The notes below the pieces were generated by a model. It was not told where the DNA came from. It saw only the letters and a list, made by a program, of their open reading frames with translations, and searched no databases. A stretch of DNA of 64,000 nt, taken from Alphaproteobacteria bacterium. GTDB lineage: Bacteria; Pseudomonadota; Alphaproteobacteria; CALKHQ01. The translations under genes and the position numbers were made by a program. Where the stretch lies: contig CBDDFZ010000002.1 of the NCBI GenBank assembly GCA_965227515.1, positions 1,056,001 to 1,120,000 of the forward strand. The letters are read 5' to 3'. Positions 40,794 through 49,513 of this stretch are shown one piece after another (position 1 is the stretch's first letter; every line of letters begins with the position of its first letter).

Positions 40794-40809
40794 CGTGACC
40801 TGGGTCACA
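40794..40809. promoter_or_regulatory. CRP-family-like site upstream of RTX paralog 2
   Basis: CGTGA-CCTGGG-TCACA. Confidence 0.6.
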
Positions 40810-40825
40810 CACGGGTGGAATTGCG

Positions 40826-40902
40826 CTAGTGTGGTGGTTTCGAAGTTCGCCATACAACTGCGGTGGTAGCTGCGCGAACTTCGAAACCGAAAACCACACT
40901 AG
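40826..40902. repeat. CTAG-bounded palindromic MITE-like element 1
   Basis: CTAGTGTGGTGGTTTCGAAGTTCGC ... GCGAACTTCGAAACC(GAAA)ACCACACTAG. Confidence 0.78.
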
Positions 40903-40915
40903 AAACAATATGTTG

Positions 40916-40990
40916 CTAGTGTCCCAATCGAATCTGAAGTTCGACCGAGGCCAGCAAATACTGTTACGAACTTCAGATTCGGGACACTAG
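40916..40990. repeat. CTAG-bounded palindromic MITE-like element 2
   Basis: CTAGTGTCCC(AATC)GAATCTGAAGTTCG ... CGAACTTCAGATTCGGGACACTAG. Confidence 0.78.
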
Positions 40991-41051
40991 AGTTGGGTTG
41001 GGCTTTGAAACGCGGCCGTCAGATGCCGCACGCCCGTGGAAGGAAACGCCG

Positions 41052-42191
41052 ATGTCCGACACCTATCCGCCGCTCGACGAGGTTCGCAGGACATTCAAGG
41101 TCAAGTGGTATCGCTGCCCGGTCGAGCGCGAGACCCTGCGCGAGCTGACCAAACGCAGCGACACGCAAGGGCTGTTGCAGGCGCTGGGTCACCTGTTGCT
41201 GGCGGCCTGCACTGGCGTGCTGGCGTTCCTGTTCTTCGAGCGCGAGATGTGGGTGGCGTTCGCGATCGCGCTGTTCGCCCACGGCACGGTGTCCTCGCAT
41301 TACATATTCGCCTGCCACGAACTGGGCCATGGCACGGTCTTCAGGACCAAGTGGCTGAATGCGTTCTTCCTGCGCGTCTTCTCGGTGCTGGCGTGGTGGA
41401 ACCACCACGAGTACGCCATGAGCCACACCTTCCATCATGTCTATACGCTGCATCCGCGCGGCGACCGCGAGGTGGTGCTGCCGAAGTACCCGTCACTGTC
41501 GCCGCTCTATCTGCTGCAACTGTTCACGTTCAATGTCACCGGCGGGTTCGAAAGCCGCGGCGCCATCAATATCTATGGCGGCATGATCACCACGGCGCTC
41601 GGGCGCTACGCCCTGTTCAGCACGCCTGGCTGGCTGGAGGCGCTGTACGAGGGCCAGCCCGAGGCCCGGCGCCGGGCCGTCAACTGGGCCCGGTTCGTCA
41701 TCGCAGTGCATGTTGCGGTGGCGGCGGTGTCCTTCGCATTCGGGCTCTGGATCGTGCCGGTGCTGTTCACGCTGGCGCCGGCCATCGCCAACTGGCACCG
41801 CTATTTCGTCGGCGCACCGATGCATTGCGGGCTGCGCGACAACGTGCCGGATTTCCGCAAGTGCGTGCGCACCATCAAGCTCGATCCGCTGTCCGAGTTC
41901 CTCTACTGGCGGATGAATTGGCACCTTGAGCACCATATGTTTGCCGCCGTGCCCTGCTACAACCTCGCCGCTCTGCACAAGGCCGCCGCGCACGACATGC
42001 CGACCCCGCGCACGTTCCTGGGGGCTTGGCGCGAGATGCGCGAGACCTGGCGCAGACAGCAGACCGATCCGAGCTATCAGTTCGACACGCCTGTGCCGTC
42101 GCACGACACGTCCGTCGATGCCGCGGACTCGCAGAATCCGGACGCGGCATCCATTGGCGAGTTGGCGCCACGGGAGTTGCGATCGGCGTAA
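41052..42191 (+). CDS. Fatty acid desaturase-family membrane di-iron enzyme
   Basis: His boxes HELGH, HTFHH and HLEHH; AAGGA SD. Confidence 0.88.
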   Translation: MSDTYPPLDEVRRTFKVKWYRCPVERETLRELTKRSDTQGLLQALGHLLLAACTGVLAFLFFEREMWVAFAIALFAHGTVSSHYIFACHELGHGTVFRTKWLNAFFLRVFSVLAWWNHHEYAMSHTFHHVYTLHPRGDREVVLPKYPSLSPLYLLQLFTFNVTGGFESRGAINIYGGMITTALGRYALFSTPGWLEALYEGQPEARRRAVNWARFVIAVHVAVAAVSFAFGLWIVPVLFTLAPAIANWHRYFVGAPMHCGLRDNVPDFRKCVRTIKLDPLSEFLYWRMNWHLEHHMFAAVPCYNLAALHKAAAHDMPTPRTFLGAWREMRETWRRQQTDPSYQFDTPVPSHDTSVDAADSQNPDAASIGELAPRELRSA

Positions 42192-42265
42192 GACGGCCTG
42201 ACGGTTGCAGACGGGGAAGAAGGGGATGCCGGCCAAGCCAGTCCAAGCCGGCGGGGCGGGCCGGT

Positions 42266-42958
42266 CTACCTGCCGTTGGGCCGCAGAACCACGCCCACCG
42301 TCTTCAACATGATGACTGTGTCGCGCGAGAAGCTGACGGATTCGGCATAGTTGGCGTCAAGCGCCACCCGTTCGGCGTAGGAGACGTCGTTGCGGCCGCT
42401 GACCTGCCACAGCCCCGTGATACCGGGACGCACGGACAGGTACTTTTCCTTGTCGTCGCCGTACTTCGACAATTCGTCGCCGGTTACCGGGCGCGGCCCG
42501 ACCAGGCTCATGTCGCCGCGCAGGACGTTCCACAACTGCGGCAGCTCGTCCAGCGAGGACTTGCGCAGGAAACGGCCCAGCCTGGTGATGCGTGGGTCGC
42601 GCTCCAGCTTTTGCGTGCGCTCCCACTCGACACGTGCGCTGGGGTTGTCGGCCAAATATTCGGCAAGAATAGCGTCCGCGTTCGCAACCATGGAGCGGAT
42701 CTTCCAGCACCGGAACGTCCTGCCATCCTTGCCGACGCGGGTATGGCCGTAGAAGCTGGGGCCCGAATCCCTACGGACGATAAGGGCGAGCAGGGCAACG
42801 GCTGGAACGATCAGTGGGCTTGCCGCCAACACAAACAAGACATCGAGCGCACGCTTGATCGTGTCTCGGTAGGGTCTTGCAAGGCTGTAATGAAAAGGCC
42901 GAAAATCGTCGTTCGAACCGCGTTGAAGCAAGTTCTGATCTACGGAATAGTCACTCAT
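42266..42958 (-). CDS. Priming sugar transferase (polyisoprenyl-phosphate hexose-1-P transferase)
   Basis: KRALD, KIRSM, DPRIT, SLDELPQLWNVLRGDMSLVGPRP and PGITGLWQV. Confidence 0.93.
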   Translation of the reverse strand: MSDYSVDQNLLQRGSNDDFRPFHYSLARPYRDTIKRALDVLFVLAASPLIVPAVALLALIVRRDSGPSFYGHTRVGKDGRTFRCWKIRSMVANADAILAEYLADNPSARVEWERTQKLERDPRITRLGRFLRKSSLDELPQLWNVLRGDMSLVGPRPVTGDELSKYGDDKEKYLSVRPGITGLWQVSGRNDVSYAERVALDANYAESVSFSRDTVIMLKTVGVVLRPNGR

Positions 42959-43093
42959 GCCCTACCTCGACGAGGCAATATTTGTCCCAAGCATCCTGCT
43001 CTGTTGGCCGGCACGGCTTCCCATCCGCTTCCGCGCGCCCAACGGCCGATATTATTGTTAGAAAACTCCCTTACCCCGAGAGGTGTGGTTAGC

Positions 43094-43108
43094 TTAATGC
43101 TATCTTAA
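43094..43108. promoter_or_regulatory. CtrA box
   Basis: TTAA-TGCTATC-TTAA (TTAA-N7-TTAA) in the AT-rich promoter; a TTAACCAT motif also lies on the minus strand near 43199-43206. Confidence 0.62.
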
Positions 43109-43324
43109 GGACCATACAATCGTATTTTTCATACAATTGTATCCAATTGAAATACAATGGTATTTCGCCATTTTCGCGAAGTTGGGTTGTGCGGACTTAT
43201 GGTTAAGACACGCACAAGTCGTTGTGATGTGTCGTTAATATTTCTGCGTTGTGCCGGGCCGGCGGTCACGCAAGCGGCGCGCGGGCGGTCCGAAGAGGTT
43301 TCAGACCCAGAAGGTCGCCGAAGG

Positions 43325-44170
43325 TCAGCCGGTTTGGAAGCCGTACAACGTGGCTGGGTTGTCCACCAGCACGGCCCTGCGCTCAGCCGGGTCGGGCACC
43401 CAGTCCTCCAGCAGGTCCAGCAAGGTCACATCGTCCGGCAGGTCGCTGACCGAGACATGCGGCCAGTTGGAGGCCCAGACCATGCGATGCGGGGCTGCGG
43501 CGACCGCGGCCTTGGCCAGCACGCCAACGTCGTCGTACAGCGGCGGTCCGACCTTGGAAGTCTCGTAGGGCGCAGAGAGCTTCAGCCAGGTGCGGCCATT
43601 GGCGAGCAATCGCAGCAACGCCTGGAAGCCGGGGTGGTCCGGCGTCACGGGTTCGATGAACTTGCCCACATGGTCGATCACCAGCGTACAGGGCAGGCGC
43701 TGCAGCACCGCTTCGTGCTCGTGCAAATAGCGGCCGTCCATCTGCAACTGGATATGCCAGCCCAATGGCGTCACACGGGCGGCGATAGGCTCCAAATCCT
43801 CCCAGGTCATCAACCCGCCGGGAAACATCTGGAACCGGGCGGCGCGCACGCCCGCGGCTGTCATGCGCGCAAGCGCGGCATCGTCCATGGAGGGGTCCAG
43901 AATGGCGACTCCGCGCGCCGAGTCGCCGAGCGCTGCCAGGCCGTGCAGGGTCACCGTGTTGTCGCTGCCATAGGCGGTCGGCTGCACGATGACCGACCGG
44001 CTGGTGCCCAGCCTCGCGCACAATGCCTGGAAGGCATCGACCGTTGCCCAGACGGGGCCCGGGGCATTCGCGGTCGGCGCGGTGGGCGCATCGGGGTCGA
44101 ATACGTGCACATGGGTGTCGCAGGCGCCGGCCGGCACCTCGATTCGTGGTCTTGCCGCGTCGTTCGTCAT
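43325..44170 (-). CDS. Amidohydrolase_2 family lactonase/isomerase
   Basis: CDTHVH, VQPTAYG, VIDHVG, KLSAPY and WASNWPH. Confidence 0.88.
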   Translation of the reverse strand: MTNDAARPRIEVPAGACDTHVHVFDPDAPTAPTANAPGPVWATVDAFQALCARLGTSRSVIVQPTAYGSDNTVTLHGLAALGDSARGVAILDPSMDDAALARMTAAGVRAARFQMFPGGLMTWEDLEPIAARVTPLGWHIQLQMDGRYLHEHEAVLQRLPCTLVIDHVGKFIEPVTPDHPGFQALLRLLANGRTWLKLSAPYETSKVGPPLYDDVGVLAKAAVAAAPHRMVWASNWPHVSVSDLPDDVTLLDLLEDWVPDPAERRAVLVDNPATLYGFQTG

Positions 44171-45171
44171 CGCTTGGCTCCCCCGTGTGCTGCCATCAGC
44201 CGCTTCGCGTGATCCGGATTGACCGCACCCGGCGGCATCTCGCCGGCCAGGATGGCCGCACATTGCGCTGCCGACTCCAGTGCCTGGTGGGCGACGGCCG
44301 CGGGTGTCAGCCCGCCGATATGGGGCGTCGCCACGACCAGCGGATGGGCGGCCAGTGCTGGGGACGGTTTCTGGTCAGGCGCGCGGCCCACGTCCAGCGC
44401 GGCACCGCCGAGATGGCCTGTGTCGAGCGCGGCCGTCAGCGCCGCTTCGTCGACCAGGTTGCCGCGCGACGGGTTGATGAAGAACGCGCCTCGCCGCATG
44501 GCATGGAACGCGCCAGCATCCATCATGTTCTCGGTCTCGGCGTTGGCGACCGCCAGGCAGACCACGAAGTCGGAGTGTGCCAGCAGGTCCGCGAGCGAGA
44601 CCGATTCCAATCCTTCCGGCAGGTCGGTCACGTAAGGGTCTGCAACGCGCACGCGCATGCCAAGCGCCTTGGCCGACTTGCACAGTTCGCGTCCGATGGC
44701 GCCGAAGCCGATGACGCCCAGGACACTGCCGGCGAGCTGCCGGCCTAGCACCACCGGCGGGTCGCCGCCGGCGCGGTAGTCGATCGTGCTTTGCGTGATC
44801 CCGCGCGCCAGGTCGATCATCGCGCCAAGCGTCCATTCGGCAACTGCCGGAGCGAATCCTGGCGTCGCGTGTGTCACGAGCACGCCGTTGGCGGAGGCGG
44901 CCGGGACGTCGATTGTGGAGATGTCGACGGCGGTGCGGACGAAGGCCAGCAGGCCGGGCACACCCTCGAAGACAGCCGCCGGACCAGGCGTTTGGCGGTC
45001 GGCTACCACGATTTCGCACCCCTGGGCGCGGGCGATCAAGTCCTCCAGCGGCAACGGCGCATCGCTGTCGTTGAGCTCCACGTCGGCAACCGCGCGCATG
45101 CGGTCGAGCGCCTCGGGCGGATAGAACTGGTCACGTATCGGGCGCGAGGCGGTGAGCAGGATGGTCGGCAC
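44167..45171 (-). CDS. D-2-hydroxyacid dehydrogenase family
   Basis: GFGAIG, INPSRG, ALDV and TPHIGG. Confidence 0.9.
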   Translation of the reverse strand: MPTILLTASRPIRDQFYPPEALDRMRAVADVELNDSDAPLPLEDLIARAQGCEIVVADRQTPGPAAVFEGVPGLLAFVRTAVDISTIDVPAASANGVLVTHATPGFAPAVAEWTLGAMIDLARGITQSTIDYRAGGDPPVVLGRQLAGSVLGVIGFGAIGRELCKSAKALGMRVRVADPYVTDLPEGLESVSLADLLAHSDFVVCLAVANAETENMMDAGAFHAMRRGAFFINPSRGNLVDEAALTAALDTGHLGGAALDVGRAPDQKPSPALAAHPLVVATPHIGGLTPAAVAHQALESAAQCAAILAGEMPPGAVNPDHAKRLMAAHGGAKR

Positions 45172-45206
45172 GACGTTGCCCAGGCTGCGAGGAAGGGAGT
45201 GCAGTC

Positions 45207-46475
45207 TTATCGCGCGCCGGCCAGTCGCGCCAGCACGCTGGCCAGCACATCGGCGCCGGCGACAAGTGCCGCGTCGTCGGCGTCCTCATCCGGGTGGTGG
45301 CTGACCCCACGCGTGCAGGGAATGAAGATCATGCCGGTCGGGCTCAGCCCGGCCAGTGCCGCGGCGTCGTGGCTGCCGCCGGAGATGATGTCCATGGCCG
45401 GGTAGGCGAGGGCGGCCGCCGCATCGGCCACGGCCGCACGGACTTGGCCGTCGAACGGCGTCGGCGCCAGACGCTCCAGCACCGCGATCTCACAGTCGCA
45501 CGGGGCAGCCAGTTCGACGGCGATCCGCTCGATGGTCGCGCGCATGCCGTCGAGGGTCGCGGCATCGGGGTGGCGTAGGTCGATGGTGAAGCGGACCCGG
45601 TCGGCGACCGTGTTGGGCGAGTTCGGGTGCGCCTCCAGCCGGCCGACGGTGAAACGGGTGGTGTCGGTGGGGTCGGCCAGTGCCTCGGAAAGGGCGGCGA
45701 CGATGCGGGCGGCGGCCAGCAGTGCGTCGCGGCGGCCGGCCAGCGGCGCCGTGCCCGCATGCGCCTGCTCGCCGGAAATCTCGACCTGCAGCCAGTATAG
45801 CCCCTGCACGCCGGTGACGACGCCTATGGTCTTGGCTTCGCGTTCCAGGATCGGGCCCTGCTCGATGTGCGCCTCCACCAGCCCGGCGAGCGGGTACGGC
45901 GTTGTGCGGACCGGCAGGTCGGGCAGGTCGGCGGCGCAGGCGGCAATCGCGTCGCCGAGCGCGACCCCGTCGGGCGACGTCTGGTTCCGCAGGACATCGA
46001 GATCGAGCGCGCCCTTGAACGCGGTCGAGCCCATCAGGCCTGGGTGGTAGCGGCAACCCTCCTCGTTGACCCAGGCAACCGCCTCGATCGGGCGGCGACG
46101 CGGCACGCCGGCATCCTTGATCGCTTGCAAGGCCTCGATGGCGGCGACCACGCCATAGGCACCGTCCAGCCAGCCGCCGGCCGGCTGGGTGTCGATATGG
46201 CTGCCGGACAGAACCGGCGCCGCCGCCTCATCGGAGTCGCCTGTATTTGCCGACAGGCGCAGGTAGAGGTTGCCGATGGCGTCGGTGGCGGGCTCCAAAC
46301 CGATATCTGCCGCCCACGCAAGCGCGAGCCGCCGCGCAGCCGCATCGGTGGGCGTGAAGGCCTGGCGGTTGACCCCGCCGCCGGGCCGCGCGCCGATCTC
46401 CGCCAGCGCACGCAGCCGCGACAGCAGCCGGGGTCCATCGACCCGAACCACCGTTGTCGCGCCGCTATCAGCCAC
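45207..46475 (-). CDS. M20 Zn hydrolase (N-carbamoylase/allantoate amidohydrolase-like)
   Basis: GSHIDT, DGAYG, NEEG, EAHIEQGP, HAG and GGSHDA. Confidence 0.9.
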   Translation of the reverse strand: MADSGATTVVRVDGPRLLSRLRALAEIGARPGGGVNRQAFTPTDAAARRLALAWAADIGLEPATDAIGNLYLRLSANTGDSDEAAAPVLSGSHIDTQPAGGWLDGAYGVVAAIEALQAIKDAGVPRRRPIEAVAWVNEEGCRYHPGLMGSTAFKGALDLDVLRNQTSPDGVALGDAIAACAADLPDLPVRTTPYPLAGLVEAHIEQGPILEREAKTIGVVTGVQGLYWLQVEISGEQAHAGTAPLAGRRDALLAAARIVAALSEALADPTDTTRFTVGRLEAHPNSPNTVADRVRFTIDLRHPDAATLDGMRATIERIAVELAAPCDCEIAVLERLAPTPFDGQVRAAVADAAAALAYPAMDIISGGSHDAAALAGLSPTGMIFIPCTRGVSHHPDEDADDAALVAGADVLASVLARLAGAR

Positions 46476-47292
46476 GCAGGAAACCGCCGGTCAGCCTGGC
46501 TTCCATCTGGCGCAGATGGTCGTAGGCCTGTTCCATGTGAAACCGCATCGCCGCGCGGGCGGCTTCCGGGTCGCGGGCACGGAAGGCGTCGATGATGGCG
46601 CGGTGGGCGACGATGCCGTCTGCAGCCATCTGGTCGACATTTCCCGCCTGCGCGCGCCGCTGCCCGCCCGGATCGTCCTCTTCGTAGAGCGTCTGGTAGA
46701 CGATACCGTTCTTGATCAGCGCACTGATGAAGCGGCAGGCGAAGCGCAGCAGCGGGTTGTCGCACCGCTCCGCCAGCAGGTCGTGGAAATCGAGCTCCGC
46801 CCAGCGCTGCCCGCGTTCGGCATGGCGGTCTTCGGGCACGCAATCGCTGATCGCCACCAGCCGCTCCAGCGCATCGATGTCCTCATCGCTCAGCCGTGGC
46901 GTGACTTCCGCCGCCAGCTCCGGTTCCAGCATCAGGCGGAGCGCATAGAGGTCGTCGACCGACACCTGCTCGAAATGGAAGTAGTTGCCCAACAGCCGGG
47001 CCGCGGTCTCCAGCGGCACCTTGGCGATGCGCGCGCCGCCCTTGGGGCCGGTCGACACCTGCACTAGCCCTTGCGCTTCCAGTGCCGCCAGCGTCTCGCG
47101 CATGGTGCCCTTGGAGACGCCGAACCGTTCGCACAGGGCGCGTTCCTGCGGCAGCCGATCGCCCGGTGCCAGACCCTCGCGCACGATCCATTGCTTGATC
47201 TCGTCGGCGATCAGGTCCGCGCGCTTGCGAAAGCGCGGGGCACGCGGCGGGCGCGGCCCCAGATCCTCATCCCGATCATCGGTCTCCAACAT
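46468..47292 (-). CDS. GntR/FadR (FCD) regulator
   Basis: PGDRLPQERALCERFGVSKGTMRE and DFHDLLA. Confidence 0.92.
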   Translation of the reverse strand: MLETDDRDEDLGPRPPRAPRFRKRADLIADEIKQWIVREGLAPGDRLPQERALCERFGVSKGTMRETLAALEAQGLVQVSTGPKGGARIAKVPLETAARLLGNYFHFEQVSVDDLYALRLMLEPELAAEVTPRLSDEDIDALERLVAISDCVPEDRHAERGQRWAELDFHDLLAERCDNPLLRFACRFISALIKNGIVYQTLYEEDDPGGQRRAQAGNVDQMAADGIVAHRAIIDAFRARDPEAARAAMRFHMEQAYDHLRQMEARLTGGFLRG

Positions 47293-47343
47293 CGCTGGAA
47301 AGCAGTCCTTCGGTGGCGTTCGTGGGCGCGTGATTGGCCATCA

Positions 47344-47361
47344 TATTTATCATGATAAATA
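47344..47361. promoter_or_regulatory. Perfect 18-bp palindromic operator
   Basis: TATTTATCATGATAAATA, adjacent to a TTGACT -35-like hexamer between the divergent GntR and ABC operons. Confidence 0.78.
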
Positions 47362-47527
47362 ATTGACTCCAAGCGCGCGGCTTTGCCAGACTTCGCCCAA
47401 TGGCTGGCGCCAGCACGCATTCCCGGCGCACAGATTGCATGCCGCCGCATCAGAACAACCTAAGGCGGATCGATCGCAAACATTGCAGTCGCATTTCGCG
47501 CGGCTGCCGACAGGAGGGAGATCACGG

Positions 47528-49120
47528 ATGAGAACGCAAATTTTCGCGCGGCTGGCGAGGCCGGCGACCGCAGCGCTGCTTGGCGCCGCACTGGCCATGC
47601 CGCTGGCGGCTGGCGCCGCATTCGCGCAGACGCCGGACGACGTTCTAGTCATCGGCCAGGTCGCTGAGCCGAAGTCGCTGGACCCGGCGGCCGTGACCGC
47701 CGTCAACGACTTCCGTATCCTGGTCAACATGTACGACGGGCTGGTGCGCTACAAGACCGGCACTCTGGAGGTCGAGCCGTCGCTGGCCGAGAGCTGGGAA
47801 GTCAGCGAGGACGGCACCGTCTACACCTTCAGCTTGCGGCAAGGCGTCAGCTTCCACGACGGCACCGCGTTCAATGCCGAGGCGGTGGCGTTCAACTTCA
47901 ACCGCATGCTGGACGAAGAGCACCCGTACCATGACACCGGGCCGTTCCCGCTGTCGTTCTTCTTCAGCGCCGTGCAGTCGGTCGACGTGATCGACGACTA
48001 CACCGTGCAGTTCACGCTGGATGCGCCCTACGCGCCGTTGCTCTCCAATCTCGCCTACCCGACCGGGCTGATCATCTCGCCGCAGGCGGTGATGGATAAT
48101 GGCGCGGACGTGGGCCGCAACCCGGCCGGCACCGGTGCCTATAGCTTCGCGGTGTGGGAGGCGAACCGCCAGGTCGCGCTGCAGGCCAATCCCGACTATT
48201 GGGACGGCGCGCCGTCGCTGGCTGGCCTGGTGTTCCGGCCGATCACCGATGCCAATGCGCGGGTGAACGAGATGCTGTCGGGCGGTATCGACCTGATGGT
48301 CGAGGTGCCGCCGAGCATGGTGGCGACCTTCGTCGAGGACGAGGCCTATACCATGCACGAGCAGGCCGGCCCGCACCTGTGGTTCCTGATCCTGAATTTG
48401 CGCGAGGGGCCATTCACCGACGTGCGCATGCGCCAGGCCCTGAACTATGCTATCGACAAGGAAAGCCTGGTCCGCGACGTGCTGCAGGGCACGGCCACGG
48501 TGGCGGCAAGCCCGATCCCGCCGGCATTCGCCTGGGCCTACAACGAGTCTCTCGAGCCCTATCCCTACGATCCGGAGCAGGCCAAGGCGCTGATGGCCGA
48601 GGCCGGCTATGGCGATGGCGCCGAGGTCACCTTCCTGGTCACCGAAGGCGGCTCCGGCATGCTCGACCCGGTCGCGATGGGTACGGCGATCCAGGCCGAT
48701 CTGGCCGAGGTTGGCATCACCGCCAACATCGAGACATACGAGTGGAACACCTTCCTGGGCGTGGTGAACCCCGGCCTTGAGGGCAAGGGCGACATGGCCG
48801 AGATGGCGTGGATGACCAACGACCCGGACACCCTGCCGTTCCTGGCCCTGCGTACGGCGGCGTGGCCGGAGGAGGGCGGCTTCAATTCCGGCTACTACTC
48901 CAACCCGGAAGTCGACGCGCTGCTGGAGCAGGCCCGTGCCGCCACCGACCAGGCGGTCCGCGCGGACCTCTATCGCCAGGTGCAGGAGATCGTCTACGAG
49001 GACGCGCCGTGGGCATTCATCGCCAACTGGAAGCAGAACGCGGTGACGACGGACAGCGTGGGCAACTTCAACCTGGAGCCCTCGTTCCTGCTGTTGCTGC
49101 ATAACGCGACCAAGGGCTGA
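47528..49120 (+). CDS. Peptide/nickel-type ABC substrate-binding protein
   Basis: EPKSLDP, VEPSLAESW, SFHDG, GTGAY and RQALNYAID; signal peptide. Confidence 0.93.
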   Translation: MRTQIFARLARPATAALLGAALAMPLAAGAAFAQTPDDVLVIGQVAEPKSLDPAAVTAVNDFRILVNMYDGLVRYKTGTLEVEPSLAESWEVSEDGTVYTFSLRQGVSFHDGTAFNAEAVAFNFNRMLDEEHPYHDTGPFPLSFFFSAVQSVDVIDDYTVQFTLDAPYAPLLSNLAYPTGLIISPQAVMDNGADVGRNPAGTGAYSFAVWEANRQVALQANPDYWDGAPSLAGLVFRPITDANARVNEMLSGGIDLMVEVPPSMVATFVEDEAYTMHEQAGPHLWFLILNLREGPFTDVRMRQALNYAIDKESLVRDVLQGTATVAASPIPPAFAWAYNESLEPYPYDPEQAKALMAEAGYGDGAEVTFLVTEGGSGMLDPVAMGTAIQADLAEVGITANIETYEWNTFLGVVNPGLEGKGDMAEMAWMTNDPDTLPFLALRTAAWPEEGGFNSGYYSNPEVDALLEQARAATDQAVRADLYRQVQEIVYEDAPWAFIANWKQNAVTTDSVGNFNLEPSFLLLLHNATKG

Positions 49121-49257
49121 AAAACGGCCCGAGGCAGCACCCGGTGGGCCGTGTCCTCCCTCGGCCACCGGGTGTTGTGTCATTTGCCAATTCGCCTTCC
49201 TCGTCCTCGCCCACGTGGCAAAGATATTGACGTTCCTCCGCGATCCTTCGCTTGAGC

Positions 49258-49506
49258 CCCTCTCCCATTTCGGGAGAGGGAGGGGCCCAAACCCGCCCTT
49301 GGGCCGGCCGCAGGTCGCGCCCGAGGGTCGTCAGGTTTGGGAGGGTGAGGGCAGGCGCGGGCCGATGCCAACGCACGAGGCGCGGGCAAGGGGAATGACA
49401 ACGGCTGGCGAAAACACGTCTGCGCCAACCGCGCGGCTTCGCCGCCACCCTCACCCTCCCGTCGCCCATGGCGCCGGGCCCCTCCCTCTCCCGAAATGGG
49501 AGAGGG
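49258..49506. repeat. Palindromic MITE/REP-like element with perfect 31-bp terminal inverted repeats
   Basis: CCCTCTCCCATTTCGGGAGAGGGAGGGGCCC ... GGGCCCCTCCCTCTCCCGAAATGGGAGAGGG, with inner GGGAGGGTGAGGG/CCCTCACCCTCCC. Confidence 0.82.
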
Positions 49507-49513
49507 TTTTTCC

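Noticed and set aside
40826-40990. Mini CRISPR array or attC-like sites
   Set aside because: These are inverted rather than direct repeats, with no spacer periodicity and no cas or integrase gene.
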